From Narcine bancroftii (lineage: Eukaryota): 64,000 bases of DNA. Positions 1 to 12,127 of the stretch are shown piece after piece. The stretch spans positions 88,660,001-88,724,000 of the forward strand of contig NC_091478.1 in assembly GCF_036971445.1 (NCBI RefSeq). The letters are read 5' to 3'. Position 1 is the stretch's first letter. The number at the start of each line of letters is the position of its first letter. The notes beneath the pieces are model-generated. The model searched no databases, was not told the DNA's origin, and saw only the letters and a program-made list of their open reading frames with translations. The translations under genes and the position numbers were made by a program.

Positions 1-106
1 ACTGGATTATTGTAGATATCCAAGGTAGGACAATGATCTTTTGGTCTATTCAGAACCTCCAAACTGATGAGAAAGATTTGTAAGGTCTTGGGCATAGTTT
101 GTCAAG

Positions 107-432
107 TCTAATTTATTCTCGATTGATTGCACGAGTACAACCCGACGAAACAGCGTACTCTGGTCCTCAGTGCAAAACACATGGCGAGTCCCAACACCGA
201 TACAAACAATACGTGTGCAGGACAAGTGTTCATATATATTAGTTCTGTCTCAGATGTGAGTGTGAGCAGTTTCTTGGGTTGTTCAGCCTTCTCACTGCCC
301 GTGGGAAGAAGCTGTTCCTCAGTCTGACGGAGCTGGCTGCGATACTCCTGTACCTCTTTCCTGATGCGATCAGCTGAATAATGCTGTGTGCAGGGTGGAA
401 GGGATCCTCAATGATTTTGTGGGTCATTTGCA
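107..432 (-). mobile_element. Rex1/Babar- or L2-like LINE 3' end
   Basis: HPAH..IQL..SGKRYRSI....RLRNSFFPRAVRRLN. Confidence 0.75.
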
Positions 433-2594
433 AGAACTAAAGGAAAAATTAGAAGATATTTAATCATTGAAATGGTTATAATACTTAGCAACTGAAGGCA
501 ACAAATAAATTAATAAATAGCAAATAAAGAATTGTGAGTTCCTAAATGTCTGTTTTTGTCATTACGAAAGGAAACAAAAGTGATGTTTTATCAGTTTCAT
601 TGCTACAAAACAAATCCACAAAATATAATGACACAACCAAAGTCATCTTCAAAGCCACAGCCAAACTGTTGCTTGAAGCAGACAGGGATGTGAACGTGCA
701 CACAGCTGTTCTATTCAATCTGCTATTAAATTCAGTGATGACATATAATCAGAATGGCTGAAAAAATGTTATAACTTTGTGGATTCGTTTTTTTTTTAAT
801 TGAGTGGAATAAAATAGCTGCTTTGTTGATGAATCCACATAACCAAGGGTCAACTCACCAGAATTTAGTCAAATCAGTAAAATTCATGATATCCACCCCA
901 ATTAATTTCCACGAATACTAAGTGCAATTGGCTCAATAACTTTTCATCAGTGAGTTTGAGGCTTTACCAGGACAGGAGGTTTGCCAGCCTTTAAATTGTG
1001 GTTTTTTTTTGGTAATTTATAGCAGATCGGACGTGGTTACACACACAATAGCAATCAAATGTATATTCCGAGTACCTCAGCATTGAGGATGTCTTGAAAA
1101 GGAGTTTAAGTCATAAGATTCTGATTTGTTTCACATGGTATCCCTCCAAGAACATTTTGTTTATTGTTCATTAATAAATATGCTTGAGATTTGTATCTTC
1201 ACTCAAGTGCATTAGAAATTTAAGTATTGCTGCATTCCAGCTGACCCTTGGCTGATCTCCTCCCAACATTGGGAACCACTCTGGATCCTGTTCGATTCTT
1301 CATTAATTTAACAAAGAGAATCATTAAAGTTGAGCATTTTGCAGAGCATGATCCAAGTTTTTTTTTCCACAGGTCCGATTCACGAGATATTTACTTGGCC
1401 ATCTATGAATATGGAACATCGCATATTTATTATTTAGTAGGGGAAGTGTTTTAGTGCTAATGTGTTCCAAGGTTTTAGATAAAATTGAGGAAATATTTAA
1501 AAAAAACAATAATGAAAGGATAAGATTGCTGAATTGTGAATTTTGGTACCTCCTCATCGCAGCTCAACATCCAGTGGTGGACCAGGAAATTGATCCACTA
1601 GAAAATCTACTGATTGAGCACCCAAGCATGTCTGCGTACACTCTGAAGAACAAGGACAGAGACTGCAATGAAGAAGCTGAAGTGGACGAGAATCTGCAGG
1701 GTCTCAGGTTTGTAATACGAACCTGGAAAGGATTAGATTTAAAGATCCTGTTCCAAAAGCCAATGGACTGCTAAAAATATCCTTCTGAAGATATAGTTTG
1801 ATTGCTATTTTGTAAACTAAGTCATCTATTTATTGAAGTGAAAAATTGTTTACTGTATATACTCATGTAGTCTGTGTTCAAGTAATTGTGAGCTTGGGTG
1901 GATGGGCGTCTGAGGCGAGGATCCGTGGTCGGGCCGTCGGGACCTCAGATGTGTGAGTGGTCATTGTGAGGATCTGTGGTCGTGTTGTCAGGAGCTTGGA
2001 TGGACAGGTGGTCGGGGCCAAAAATAGCGAGTCAACTTTTAAATGGGTAATTCGGAAAACGTGTGGTTTTCTGGTCAAAAACAAAATATGTGGTAGGGGG
2101 GTGGGGTGGGGGGGGAGATGACTATTACGGCTAGTGTATCACTCATTGATTCAGCCAGACAGGGCACTCTCGATTGTATTTCTGTAAAATGTCAAAATGG
2201 GGCCCTCCTCAACCTCCTTTGGCACTGCTGAGCCTTCCTGACTCATGAGGTGGTGGTGTGGGCCTAGGATGGGTCATCCTTTACGTGAACTTTGTGCTGT
2301 CCATCATGATGGATGGAGAGTAGTTGATCTCCTGAAGTCCACAATAATCCCTTTGGTTTGTCCACAATGAAATTCTGGTTCTTGCTCTCGCACTATTTTA
2401 TGAGCTGCCCCTATTCCTTTCTGCAAGGTGATTCCTTGTTCTTGCTGATGAGACTCTCCTCCCCTTGAAGACACAATTTTTGGCCTGTCCTTTATCATTT
2501 CTGGAAAGTCTTTTGAAATTTACTGAGTTGTGATCACTTTTTCCAAAGTATTCGCTCACTGACATTTCATCCACTTTGCAACATTTAAGGCCAG

Positions 2595-2825
2595 CTTGGG
2601 GTAATGCGGTTAGAGCAACGCTATTACAGTGTTAGTGACCCAGGATTTAATCTTGCACTGCCTATAAGGAGTCTGTATATTCTCCCGTGACCTGCGTGGG
2701 TTTTCCCCGGATGCTCTAGTTTACTCCCACCCACCAAAACTTGAAGTGTTGTCGGTTAATTGGGTGTAATTGGCCGGCATGGGTTTCAATGGCCAGAATC
2801 TGCTTCTAACGTGTTGTAAATAAAT
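2595..2825 (+). mobile_element. tRNA-headed V-SINE-like element
   Basis: Core tattctcccgtgacctgcgtgggttttccccggatgctc..tttactcccac; related minus-strand copies at ~5720-5960, ~20330-20436, ~44930-45140 and ~62440-62770. Confidence 0.6.
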
Positions 2826-3850
2826 GTTTAAAAAGTTAAAGATTTAAATTAATTATCAGAATTGGCCAATCAATACCCATTTCACTTTGAGAATGGTCAC
2901 TGTTCTCCAGACTACAGCACAGAATTGGAGATTGTTCCAGAGGAAATAGCTCATGAATAAATAATAACACTTTGAGATTTCTGTGTCTTGTTAATCAATG
3001 TATATGCTCTGTAGTGGACTTTGATAGAAATTAAGAATCCATTGAGCATGTACACGTTACACTAATTATGTCTGATTAGATGGGGAGCGTTCCCTAAGAA
3101 AATGATTGAATACAGCTCTTCCTGATATGTTGAGTGTCTGTTCGGTAATATAATAGTGAATTACAGTATTGATTGAAGGAAATTATGCATTTTCTATCAC
3201 ATTGTTATTCCCCTCCATTATTGTTGTTTTTTCTTTGTTTGCTACAATTAAAATAGCTTTATAGAAAAGTGGGTATATGTTGCAACATATCCCTTTTAAA
3301 GAGGAGTTAATAGTGTTTCTGCAAATATTCCATTGAATAGGAATGCAACCTATTAAATTTGGTTCCTTTTTTTTCAATTTTAGAGCTGTTCCAGTTGTCT
3401 ATCATGCCCCCAAAAACATGTCATCTTTGATTGAAAAGAGTGATGTGATTTGTAGAAATCATGTTCACTTCATGCAACGTGCCAGGTTACATGGAGAGCA
3501 CAAGAAACTGAATCGCAATTATCTTCTGAGGCAAAGTCGAGCATGGAAATGGCATTCTGGTAAAGAGAAAACCTCCCGACGCTTTAAACAACCACTTCCA
3601 CACATTTCAAGATATCCTAAGAATTAAGAAAACTCTCTGCATAGTTGTTTGGTAAATTTCACAAGTTGTAATTTTTGTGGGGATTTATCACTAACTCTGG
3701 AGAATCTCTACAGATATTTAATTCAAATTGTTTAATTCTTGCACGTCCAAATCTTACACCTTTCTTGGGAGTTCTCAGCTCAAAACAAAAATCTCATGAA
3801 ATGGGGACCCTGGAGTTTTCCACAAGACCTGGATTTGGGCTATTCAAGGG

Positions 3851-4420
3851 CTGTATATACTCATGTAAAAGTCAAAATTTCCAGACATTTTTAAAAAATG
3901 TTAAATTTATGGGATCGACTATTGCATGGATACTAGTTCTGAGGGGCTGAAATTCACTAATGCATTTTGGCCAAATCATCCCAGCTGCTATCCATGGGTG
4001 CCTTTACATCCGTGAAAGGTAGGCAAACCAAGCACCATGTTTACAGGGCCAGTGCTCTAACCACTGAGCTATTGGAGCCATAGCACCATGTTAATGTAGT
4101 TATTTTAAGTACCCATTTAAGGTTACTGTACTTGCAGTAAAGTACTGTAAATTCATATTGGCCTAGTTTACCATACACAAGGAATGGTGGTGTGATATAC
4201 CTGGTACTGACTCCATAATGGGGTATTACAGAATAATATGAATGAATTTCAGCCTAGCTTTGCATTTGAAAACAGCAAGCATACAAACTGTTCTGGCTTT
4301 CGTAATTTTAGGGTAGTTACGGTATTAATTCCCATTCAAGGATATAGTAATTATAGTGAAGAAAATTTGAGATTTTTTTAAGCCAAAAATAGGGGTGGAC
4401 TTTTACATGAGTATATATAG
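3851..4420. mobile_element. Tc1/pogo-like MITE
   Basis: TIRs ctgtatatactcatgtaaaagtc / gacttttacatgagtatatatag. Confidence 0.7.
4039..4079 (-). pseudogene. 5'-half tRNA-Thr(TGT)-derived retrocopy
   Basis: GGCTCCAATAGCTCAGTGGTTAGAGCACTGGCCCTGTAAAC, close to the 5' half of vertebrate tRNA-Thr(TGT); flanked by agcaccatgtt at 4031-4041 and 4082-4092. Confidence 0.7.
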
Positions 4421-7400
4421 TAAGGGGCTTTCAATATTCTCTTTTCCATTGTGGATAGTGATGTTCAGTAACCAAGTTGTTGGGGACAAACTGAAGAATT
4501 ACTGCTAGGATTCCTGCTAGGTTTGCTTTGCTCCAAACCTGTTTGTGGCCTCTGGCTCCTGAGAGCAGTCACGGCTTCCAGTGCTTTCCTCACACTATGG
4601 GTTGTCACAAAGCTAGCAAAATAGTTGCTGAGTAGCCATTGCCAGCAGAAACTCGATTCTTAAAATGAAGCAGGTTTTCATGAAAACCTGTCAAAGTGTA
4701 GAAAGATAAAGTTTTAATAGTTTACCTGCAATGAAATTTTCTCTCTGACCTTTTTAATTTGATCAAGGAAATTGTTAAAAATGGAAATTGTTTTGTTAAC
4801 TAAAAATATAATAAATCTACCAAGACTGTATAATTATGCATACTCTTGCAGTGTCTTTATATATATAAAAAAGTTGGAAGAAACTTTTTAAACATTCAAG
4901 TCCCACAGTGATGAATAAATGTTAAAGATACCACGAGGAACTTGTTTTTGTTCAAATAATATCACAGGATGTTATTGGAGGGGAGCTAGACCTGTTTATG
5001 TTCTCGCCTAAACAATGACATTTTCAGAAGTACAAGACTGTCTTGGTGTAGGCCTCATTTTTTTTAAAACTGGGATTGAGCTGTCATCCTCTTGTCTTTG
5101 ACCAGTGTGAAAGATCTTGTCCCGTTCCCATTAAATGTTCCCAGACTTTGTACGACTGATGTTCACAAATTAATCCTGATTGAATATTTTCCTTTGGTAA
5201 TTAAAATATGTTGCCATGTAGTGAGGTCACTACAGTTATAGCTTTCGGTTATAGCCCTAAGGCTGTAGCTCGAATCTGTAGGAGAAGAAAGATGTAAACA
5301 CCAGTAGAGTACATTCGACACTGAGTTTATTCAGTGGCACCTCTGCTTTTGAAAGTCAGCTTGGCTGCTTTACCACTGGGGTGTAGCGAGAGTGGGCCAG
5401 CTGCCGATTGGTTACCTCAGATGCCCGGCCCCCTTTGATCCACCGGTGGTGATTGGCCAGTTTCACCGCTCTGCCGGTGGCCTATGGAAACGGGCATTTC
5501 AGCCCGCATGATGCTTTGCCAGTTGCCACACTTGTCCATTTCCGCAACAGCCAACATATTCTCATACTTTGATGCTGGCTTCGATCTAAGTTCACCCTCT
5601 TTGGACCAAAAGCTACTGTAACCATTCTACAATATTTATAATGAAGGTAATTTATGATCATGCTTCCCATTTTTCCTTTTAGTGGGAATCAAGCAATCAA
5701 AAGCATTTTAATTAAAAAAAAATTTGGACATGGAGGCCATTTCACACCACGAGTCCGTGCTGCCCAATTTACACCTCTTTAACCAACACCCCTGTTACAT
5801 TTTTGAACAGTGGGAGGACACCGGAGCCTCCAGAGAAAATTCATGCAGACATGGGGAGAACATACAAACTCCCTACAGATGGTGGGGGATCGAACCCTGG
5901 TCCGGTTCCATTCGCTGGCGCTGTAAAGGTGTTGGGCTAACTGCTACACCAACCATGCTGCAATTGTCCTGTGAGTGCAAGATCCAGAATCAAACCATGA
6001 AGTAAATTTAAGGCAAAAACAAGAACTGATCGATGTGCATCTGTTTATTCGCTCCATTCATGGGATGTAGGCATCTGTCCTTGAGTTCTAGAATATTTCA
6101 GTGGTCCATTTGTAGTCAGCCTATAGGTCTGAGCACCACTCAAGAAAATTGATTGGATTTTTAAAACAATCCAGCAGTTTCATGACCACATTTACTGTTG
6201 CTCACTATAATTCCAAACTTAAAATATCTAGCTACCCTAAATTTGCATTAGTAGTCCAGGTCTCCTGGTTACTTGACAATATCAAACCCTAATACTCTGT
6301 CCTTTGATGTTTTGATTTGGATTTAAACTTGTGATGAACGTGTAAACTTGTGCAAAGCTTTGAAATGAGCTTTAGGTGGTTGGTGTAGTGCAACTTTCAT
6401 TTCTTGCTTGAAGGCCAAGGACACATTGCTGTTCCCGGAGAGCCTCTGGAACTCTCTACCCTGGAGACTTGTGGAAGCTGGATAATTGGGGATATTTGAA
6501 GAGGAAGCAAATACATTTTTTTTTTGGAAACATCAGAAAATTCAAAGCTGTTGGGAACTGGCACAGATTAACCATGATATTGAAGGGTAGGGCACATTTG
6601 AGGAGCTAGGGAGAAGTTGCCAACTCTGGTGGAGGTCACATACATGTACAAATGACCATCCATCCAGAGGAAGTTGAAATTCCGCACATTCTGCTGGTGA
6701 ATCTGTTCATTGATTATGTTCAAGAAAAATCCAAAGATTTGGTTGCCAGAAATCCAGACCACCTGAGAATCCGGATTCTGAAACTTTAAAAATCTAACTA
6801 GTGGGCTTTTGTGTGTGTGCATGCATAAAAGCATCACAGATGCAGAGTGGCTACAAGCAACTATGCTTAATACAGGTTATCCTATCACAAAGAAATTAAT
6901 TTTTACACAATTTTTCTTTTACAATGTTCATTTTTAAACCATTTCAAGCATTATATTTTTTTGTCATGTTGACTTTATTTTTCTTTAAAACTCTGTTTTC
7001 ATAAACAAACCATGTTGTGTTTTCTAATGAATAAACTATCAAAAATTACCTGTTCATCTCTTTATTCCTCCTTCAATTTGAATTTTAAAAGTACTGCCTG
7101 AGAATCTGGACCAACCCAATCCCTGAGCAGACCAGATTTTAGAACTTTTACTGTAATATGTTTCCACTCTGAAGTCATGAGGTTTCCAACAGTCACATGG
7201 AATTGCAGTTCATTCTGCTCCTATTGGTCATCCCTGAGAGTCTCCAGTACATCAATTGGAGGCCCCAGCAGTCAGTTCAAACACTCAATGTGCAATCTCC
7301 AGCAATAGGCAAATTCAATTATCCAGCATCTACCAATCCCCATAGGTGCTGGATACTGGGGTTTTATTGTGATTAAATACAAAGTCCAAGTAAGTTCTCT

Positions 7401-8029
7401 GTATTTGGGTGTACTGATAAAAGTTGGCAGATAAATTGGTTCATTAATGGAATCTGAGAGAGTAAACCTGTCATGAGAATTTGTATATCTCTTCCACCCC
7501 CCCCCCCCCTCCCCGCCCCACCCCTCAGTTTATTTTCCGGACAACTTTGACTTCATTGTAAAATGAGCTTCAGAGATTTGGGTTTGATTTTTGAATCTGG
7601 GTGGTGTTAGTGCAGTTTTCACGTTCCTTCTGTTTTTTTTTTGCTGGATGCTTTGGTTTCAGTTTCCTTTCCCTTCCCTTTAGTGTGGGATGAGAGAATA
7701 AAAGATTGAAAGGGGAGCTGATGGGCATGTGTGAGAGAAAATAATTACTTATTCTTCTGTACCTCTGCAATTTTAACTATGGGAAACTCCTCTGGGAATC
7801 TGCGTGGCTCTGATGGACCTAATGGCCTCCAACTGAAAATTATGCCAGGGTACTAGTATTCAGTAATTTCACCAGTTGTCAAAATTTGGCCAGGAAATTT
7901 ATCAGAATCATGTAAGTATTTTAAATAGTACCCAAGGAAATGAATTTAAATTAACAGAAAAATCAAATGTGACTTAGAAACCATTTCCTGTGAAACCATT
8001 AAGCTAACAGGTGAGGCAAAAAAAGATGG

Positions 8030-8520
8030 CTGTTAATGGGATTCACATGCATCTAGGCTATTGTGAAATATTGGATGTTCAAGGGGCAAGTTTTTGTTAT
8101 GTATTAGCAAGTATTTAATGATTGCAAGATTATTTGGCAGTTCTTTCAATCTAATTTCATTTAAACTAATCAGATTGATTGTAAGACACAAGATAATTTC
8201 CATTTGTTTTAGACAAAGTATGCCTTGCAAAATATTTTGAAATTTGTCCATGCCAAGTTTCAACTAAATTTATGATCCTGGTCCATAGATGGACAAGTAT
8301 GTACATATATAGTGGTGCCTCCCATTGTGTTACATGGCCACACATTAATATCCAATACCAGCAACATCCACTTATTTTCCTCTCCATGATACACCTCTCC
8401 AAAGTGTTTCTTGCTGTTGGAATATGCACACAATTTGTGCTAAGGCTTATTAAAGTCTTAGCATTCATTATCTCTTGTTGATATGCAGCTCTGAAGCTTG
8501 CGTATCCAGAACCTTATCAT
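8030..8520 (-). other. Decayed coding-like segment, possibly an endogenous mononegaviral L fragment
   Basis: Frameshifted pieces LMCGHVTQWEAP and VH...D..F...LAWTNFKIFCKAYF..NKW echo the GxxxxWGHP...LAS...F...KW block of rhabdoviral L proteins; motif-level impression only. Confidence 0.25.
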
Positions 8521-9039
8521 AGTTACTTATTCCTAAAACACAGAATACCATTTAGCCCATCCTGTTGTGCTAGTTGACACAGTAGGCACTTACAAATTTC
8601 AACACCTGGGTAGCCTTCCTGGGAACTGGGTGAGATTACTGGTGTGTGTGCCTCCTGTATCTTTCAAACAGCAGTCTAACCTACATGTTAAATCACTAAC
8701 CTGGTAATTTAAGGGGGATCCCGCCCCTGTGAATAATGTGGTGAGTTCTTTCTGTTCCCTTTCTGTTTTAAAGTTCCAGAGTAACCGGGTAGCCATTTCC
8801 CCATTCAAATAGGGAAAGGACACACAGGTAAGTTTTACTGAGCTCCCTGATCACCTCAGAGGTAGGTCTGGGACCCACGTAGATTTTGATCAGGCTTGCC
8901 CAGTTCGGTCCATTCAAATAGCCCTGTACCTGGGTCTTCAACCTAGTAAATTGCCCGGTCAACCCCATTTTACGAGGCAATTTGAAAGGGGGTAGTGAGA
9001 ACAAACTCGACAGTGACAGAGGTTATGTTCAGTGGATGG

Positions 9040-9736
9040 TGTGACAGAGTATTTAGAGGTTGTTTGGGAGGAATTGTTAGAGCAGCTTGCACACACACAT
9101 TTTAAAACACAGAATATTTTCAGGACTTTTGCAGAAGGCAACAAAGTATTGACAGCAGCTTGCCTGGGAAAGCATGTGATCTTTGCAGGCAGTGGAGAAG
9201 TTTTGCTCTTGGAGAGGGAGGGTGTGAAACAGAGAGAGAGGAGACACAAATCATTTCCAGAAGGACAAAGCTGGCCTGAAAGAAAGAGGATCATCTGGAA
9301 AACCCTGAAGGGGGCAAGTTTCGTCAGGAAAAGGAATCAGTTATGGATGTCCTGGAAAAGGAATTTCTCTCTGAAAACCAGCAAGAACCCTCCTGAGTGG
9401 TAACCATTTGCCTGTTTAACAAAGTTCACCAGTCTTTGGTGCTAATGCTAACTTCTGTGCACAGAACAAGAATTTCCTGCAACCAGTGAGATTGGACTGT
9501 GATCCAAAGAACTTTTCTAATCTTAAATTTACATGACACACACCCGTGCTTAGTGTTGGGGGGGGGGGTGGGGGGGGGGAATTGAGTAGTTAGGTAAGTT
9601 AATTAAGTAATAAGTTAAAGTCTAATTCTGTTTTCTTGTTCAATTATAATTTAAAAACTCCTTTTGTTTAAGTAACCCTGTGTTGTGGTGCCTTTCTATT
9701 GTTGCTGGTTTTTGGGGTCTACTGGACTCTGTTACA
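9040..9736 (+). mobile_element. Solo LTR (697 bp)
   Basis: TGTGACAGAGT...ACTCTGTTACA ends; perfect 4-bp TSD ATGG at 9036-9039 and 9737-9740. Confidence 0.8.
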
Positions 9737-9797
9737 ATGGGCATTACATATTTTAAATATTTCTATTAGTTTCAGATTTATAAGTGACCTGCCAGTA

Positions 9798-10132
9798 CAG
9801 GTGGTCTTTGAGTTGCATTCTGGCAAACCCATCATAAGTTGAAAAATGTTAGTCAAAAGAGAATACTGCACCCACCACTTTTATAATTAAATTTTGAATA
9901 CCTTTACTTAATACTGGGGAAAAAAACCATTAATGTACACAGCTAAAAGCACACTGGACATGCTGTATTATACTCTTGTGCGATGCTGCCATCGCCTAGC
10001 ATCGCAAGGAAGTCGCATACTGCATATTGCAAGTGCAGGAACAGATCGGAATTCAAAATTGAAAGAATGGATTCAAACCATCGTAACTTCGAAAAATTGG
10101 AAGCCAGACCATCGTAAGTAGGGGAGCACCTG
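9798..10132. mobile_element. Tigger/pogo-like MITE
   Basis: TA|CAGGTG ... CACCTG|TA termini. Confidence 0.65.
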
Positions 10133-11936
10133 TAATTAACCACTGGATCTTAAAAGACTGATTTTAGATGTTTGCCCAGATCATCATCTTCAAGGTAATT
10201 GTGGGCATCTCGTTCTGTACGCTATTGTCTCTAGGTCCCGTATAAGTAAATCTCAGCATCATAAAGCTGCACATTGTGAATCTAGTAAATGATATAATTA
10301 TCAATGCTTTGCATATGAAGTGCGAGAAGCTTTTTTTCCAAGGAACATTAAAAGAGCTGTGATAGAGCAGATATTTCATCTATTGCACATATGCTGTACT
10401 GAGATTAGTAAATGTTAAGTCAGCTGTTGACAGCAGGAAGGGAGACAGCTGGTTGCTTTGGCTTCTGTGCTTGGCATAGAGAAACATGTATTTTAATACC
10501 GACAGGGATGACAGTCTGTCTCCGAGTTGTCATTCCTGCTCAAAGGACATGTACTCACCTTTGGTATATATGGAATCGAGAAATGGTACCTTCACCTATT
10601 TGGGCCAAGTACTACAAATTTCGATGCAATTGCACAATATCACATCAACATTGTTCTTTTATTTAAGGGAGGAATAGGTGAGGAGAAAAATTAGGAACAT
10701 TGATATTTACTTCAGAAAAATGGTTTTTAAAAACTTTACGAAATTGCTATTATGAATTATTTCAAGAACATTTTTTAAACGTAAAGTTACTTGTTTCAAA
10801 CAAGACCTTTCTATTTGAAGAACAGCAGTTGGACATTCCACCTCTCATTTGCCATTCTATAAGATTGTGCCTGATTTCGGCTCGTGCTGTTACTGACCCA
10901 CCATGTCACTCAGAGCTGTTAATATGCAAAAAAAATTTTTAGTCTCTTGCTGAACTTTTTCTTCAATTCTATATTGAATTTTCAGCTCCTTAATTTGAAC
11001 CTGTGGCTCTAGTTCCAGATGACCCTGTCTGGGAGGACCATTGCTGCATCTAATTCCTTTAAGCCCTCAAAGAATTTTTTGCTTTAATGAGTCGCTTGTG
11101 ATTTTCTAAACTTTGTAAAGACTTGGTACAATCAGTTTATTCTGTTCTGCAAGGACGACACACACCCTCACCGTTGAAGAAATCAATTGAATAGTCCCTG
11201 TTACACTCTTATCACAAGGCACATTGAACATACAGGTTGTAGCTCTTTAATCTGGCGACATTGTGACCTAGCCATTGCTGGACCACAGAAAATTCTGGAA
11301 AACAGAAATTGACCCATAAGGAAATGACTATATAAAATATATCAAAGGTAGAACAAAGTTTAAAACAAGAAATAATACTGTGGGGCAGCCCTGATAGCGT
11401 AGCAGTTAGTGCAACATCTTCACAGCACCAGCAATTGGGTCTGGGGTTTGTACTAATAACAGCAGATTCAAATGTGTTGAACCATGGGATTTGCAAGACC
11501 AGAGCGCCAGATAAGAGGTACAACCTGTATTAAAATGACATCAACAAATTAAAGTTGCATATATATAATTAAGGGACAGACCTAAGCAATTAATAAAGCT
11601 GTAGAGGTTGCAAAAGCCATCTTCAATCGATGTGCATCAATGTTAGAGATGCTCAGGTGTGATATTATGCTATGAAACTTAAATCTAACCTGCTTTTTCC
11701 TGAAGATTCATAGTAATATATTTATTTTTTTTATTTTGTAGTTAAAATTGCATTTTATAATCAAAAATATAAATTTGATTCAAACTTGGTGTGTAATAAA
11801 AAGAGTCAAATTCATTAAAGTTAATAGACCATGAGAATACAGAATAATAAAAAAAATATTCAAATTGTGATAGCATCAAAATTTATTCAGATTGCTTGAG
11901 ATATTGCTTCAACAAACAGTTTTATAGTTTTGTCTT

Positions 11937-12127
11937 TCATTTCCTCAGTTGATGTATTTTTGTCATGAATTTCTTGATCCGTTCAGGCTCCAGTTCATTT
12001 GCCCAGTATCCTGCTTTTTTAAAATGTGAACCAATAATAAGGGCATCTGCATCCATGTACTGCTCCATGTTTTCATAGGTCACACCAGAGCCAATGAAGA
12101 CAGGAATGTTTAAAGCCTGTTTAATCT
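11937..12127 (-). CDS. BtpA-family gene exon 6, terminal (EIKQALNIPVFIGSGV...QLRK*)
   Basis: Acceptor ttctttgcag; TGA ends at 11937; AATAAA on the minus strand at 11882-11887. Confidence 0.92.

Noticed and set aside
5217-5530. Possible short LTR starting with the palindrome tgtagtga-gg-tcactaca
   Set aside because: No matching TSD found and the boundaries are ambiguous.
1-11900. C19orf12 or PLEKHF1, expected from synteny
   Set aside because: No recognisable exons found; they probably lie outside the window.
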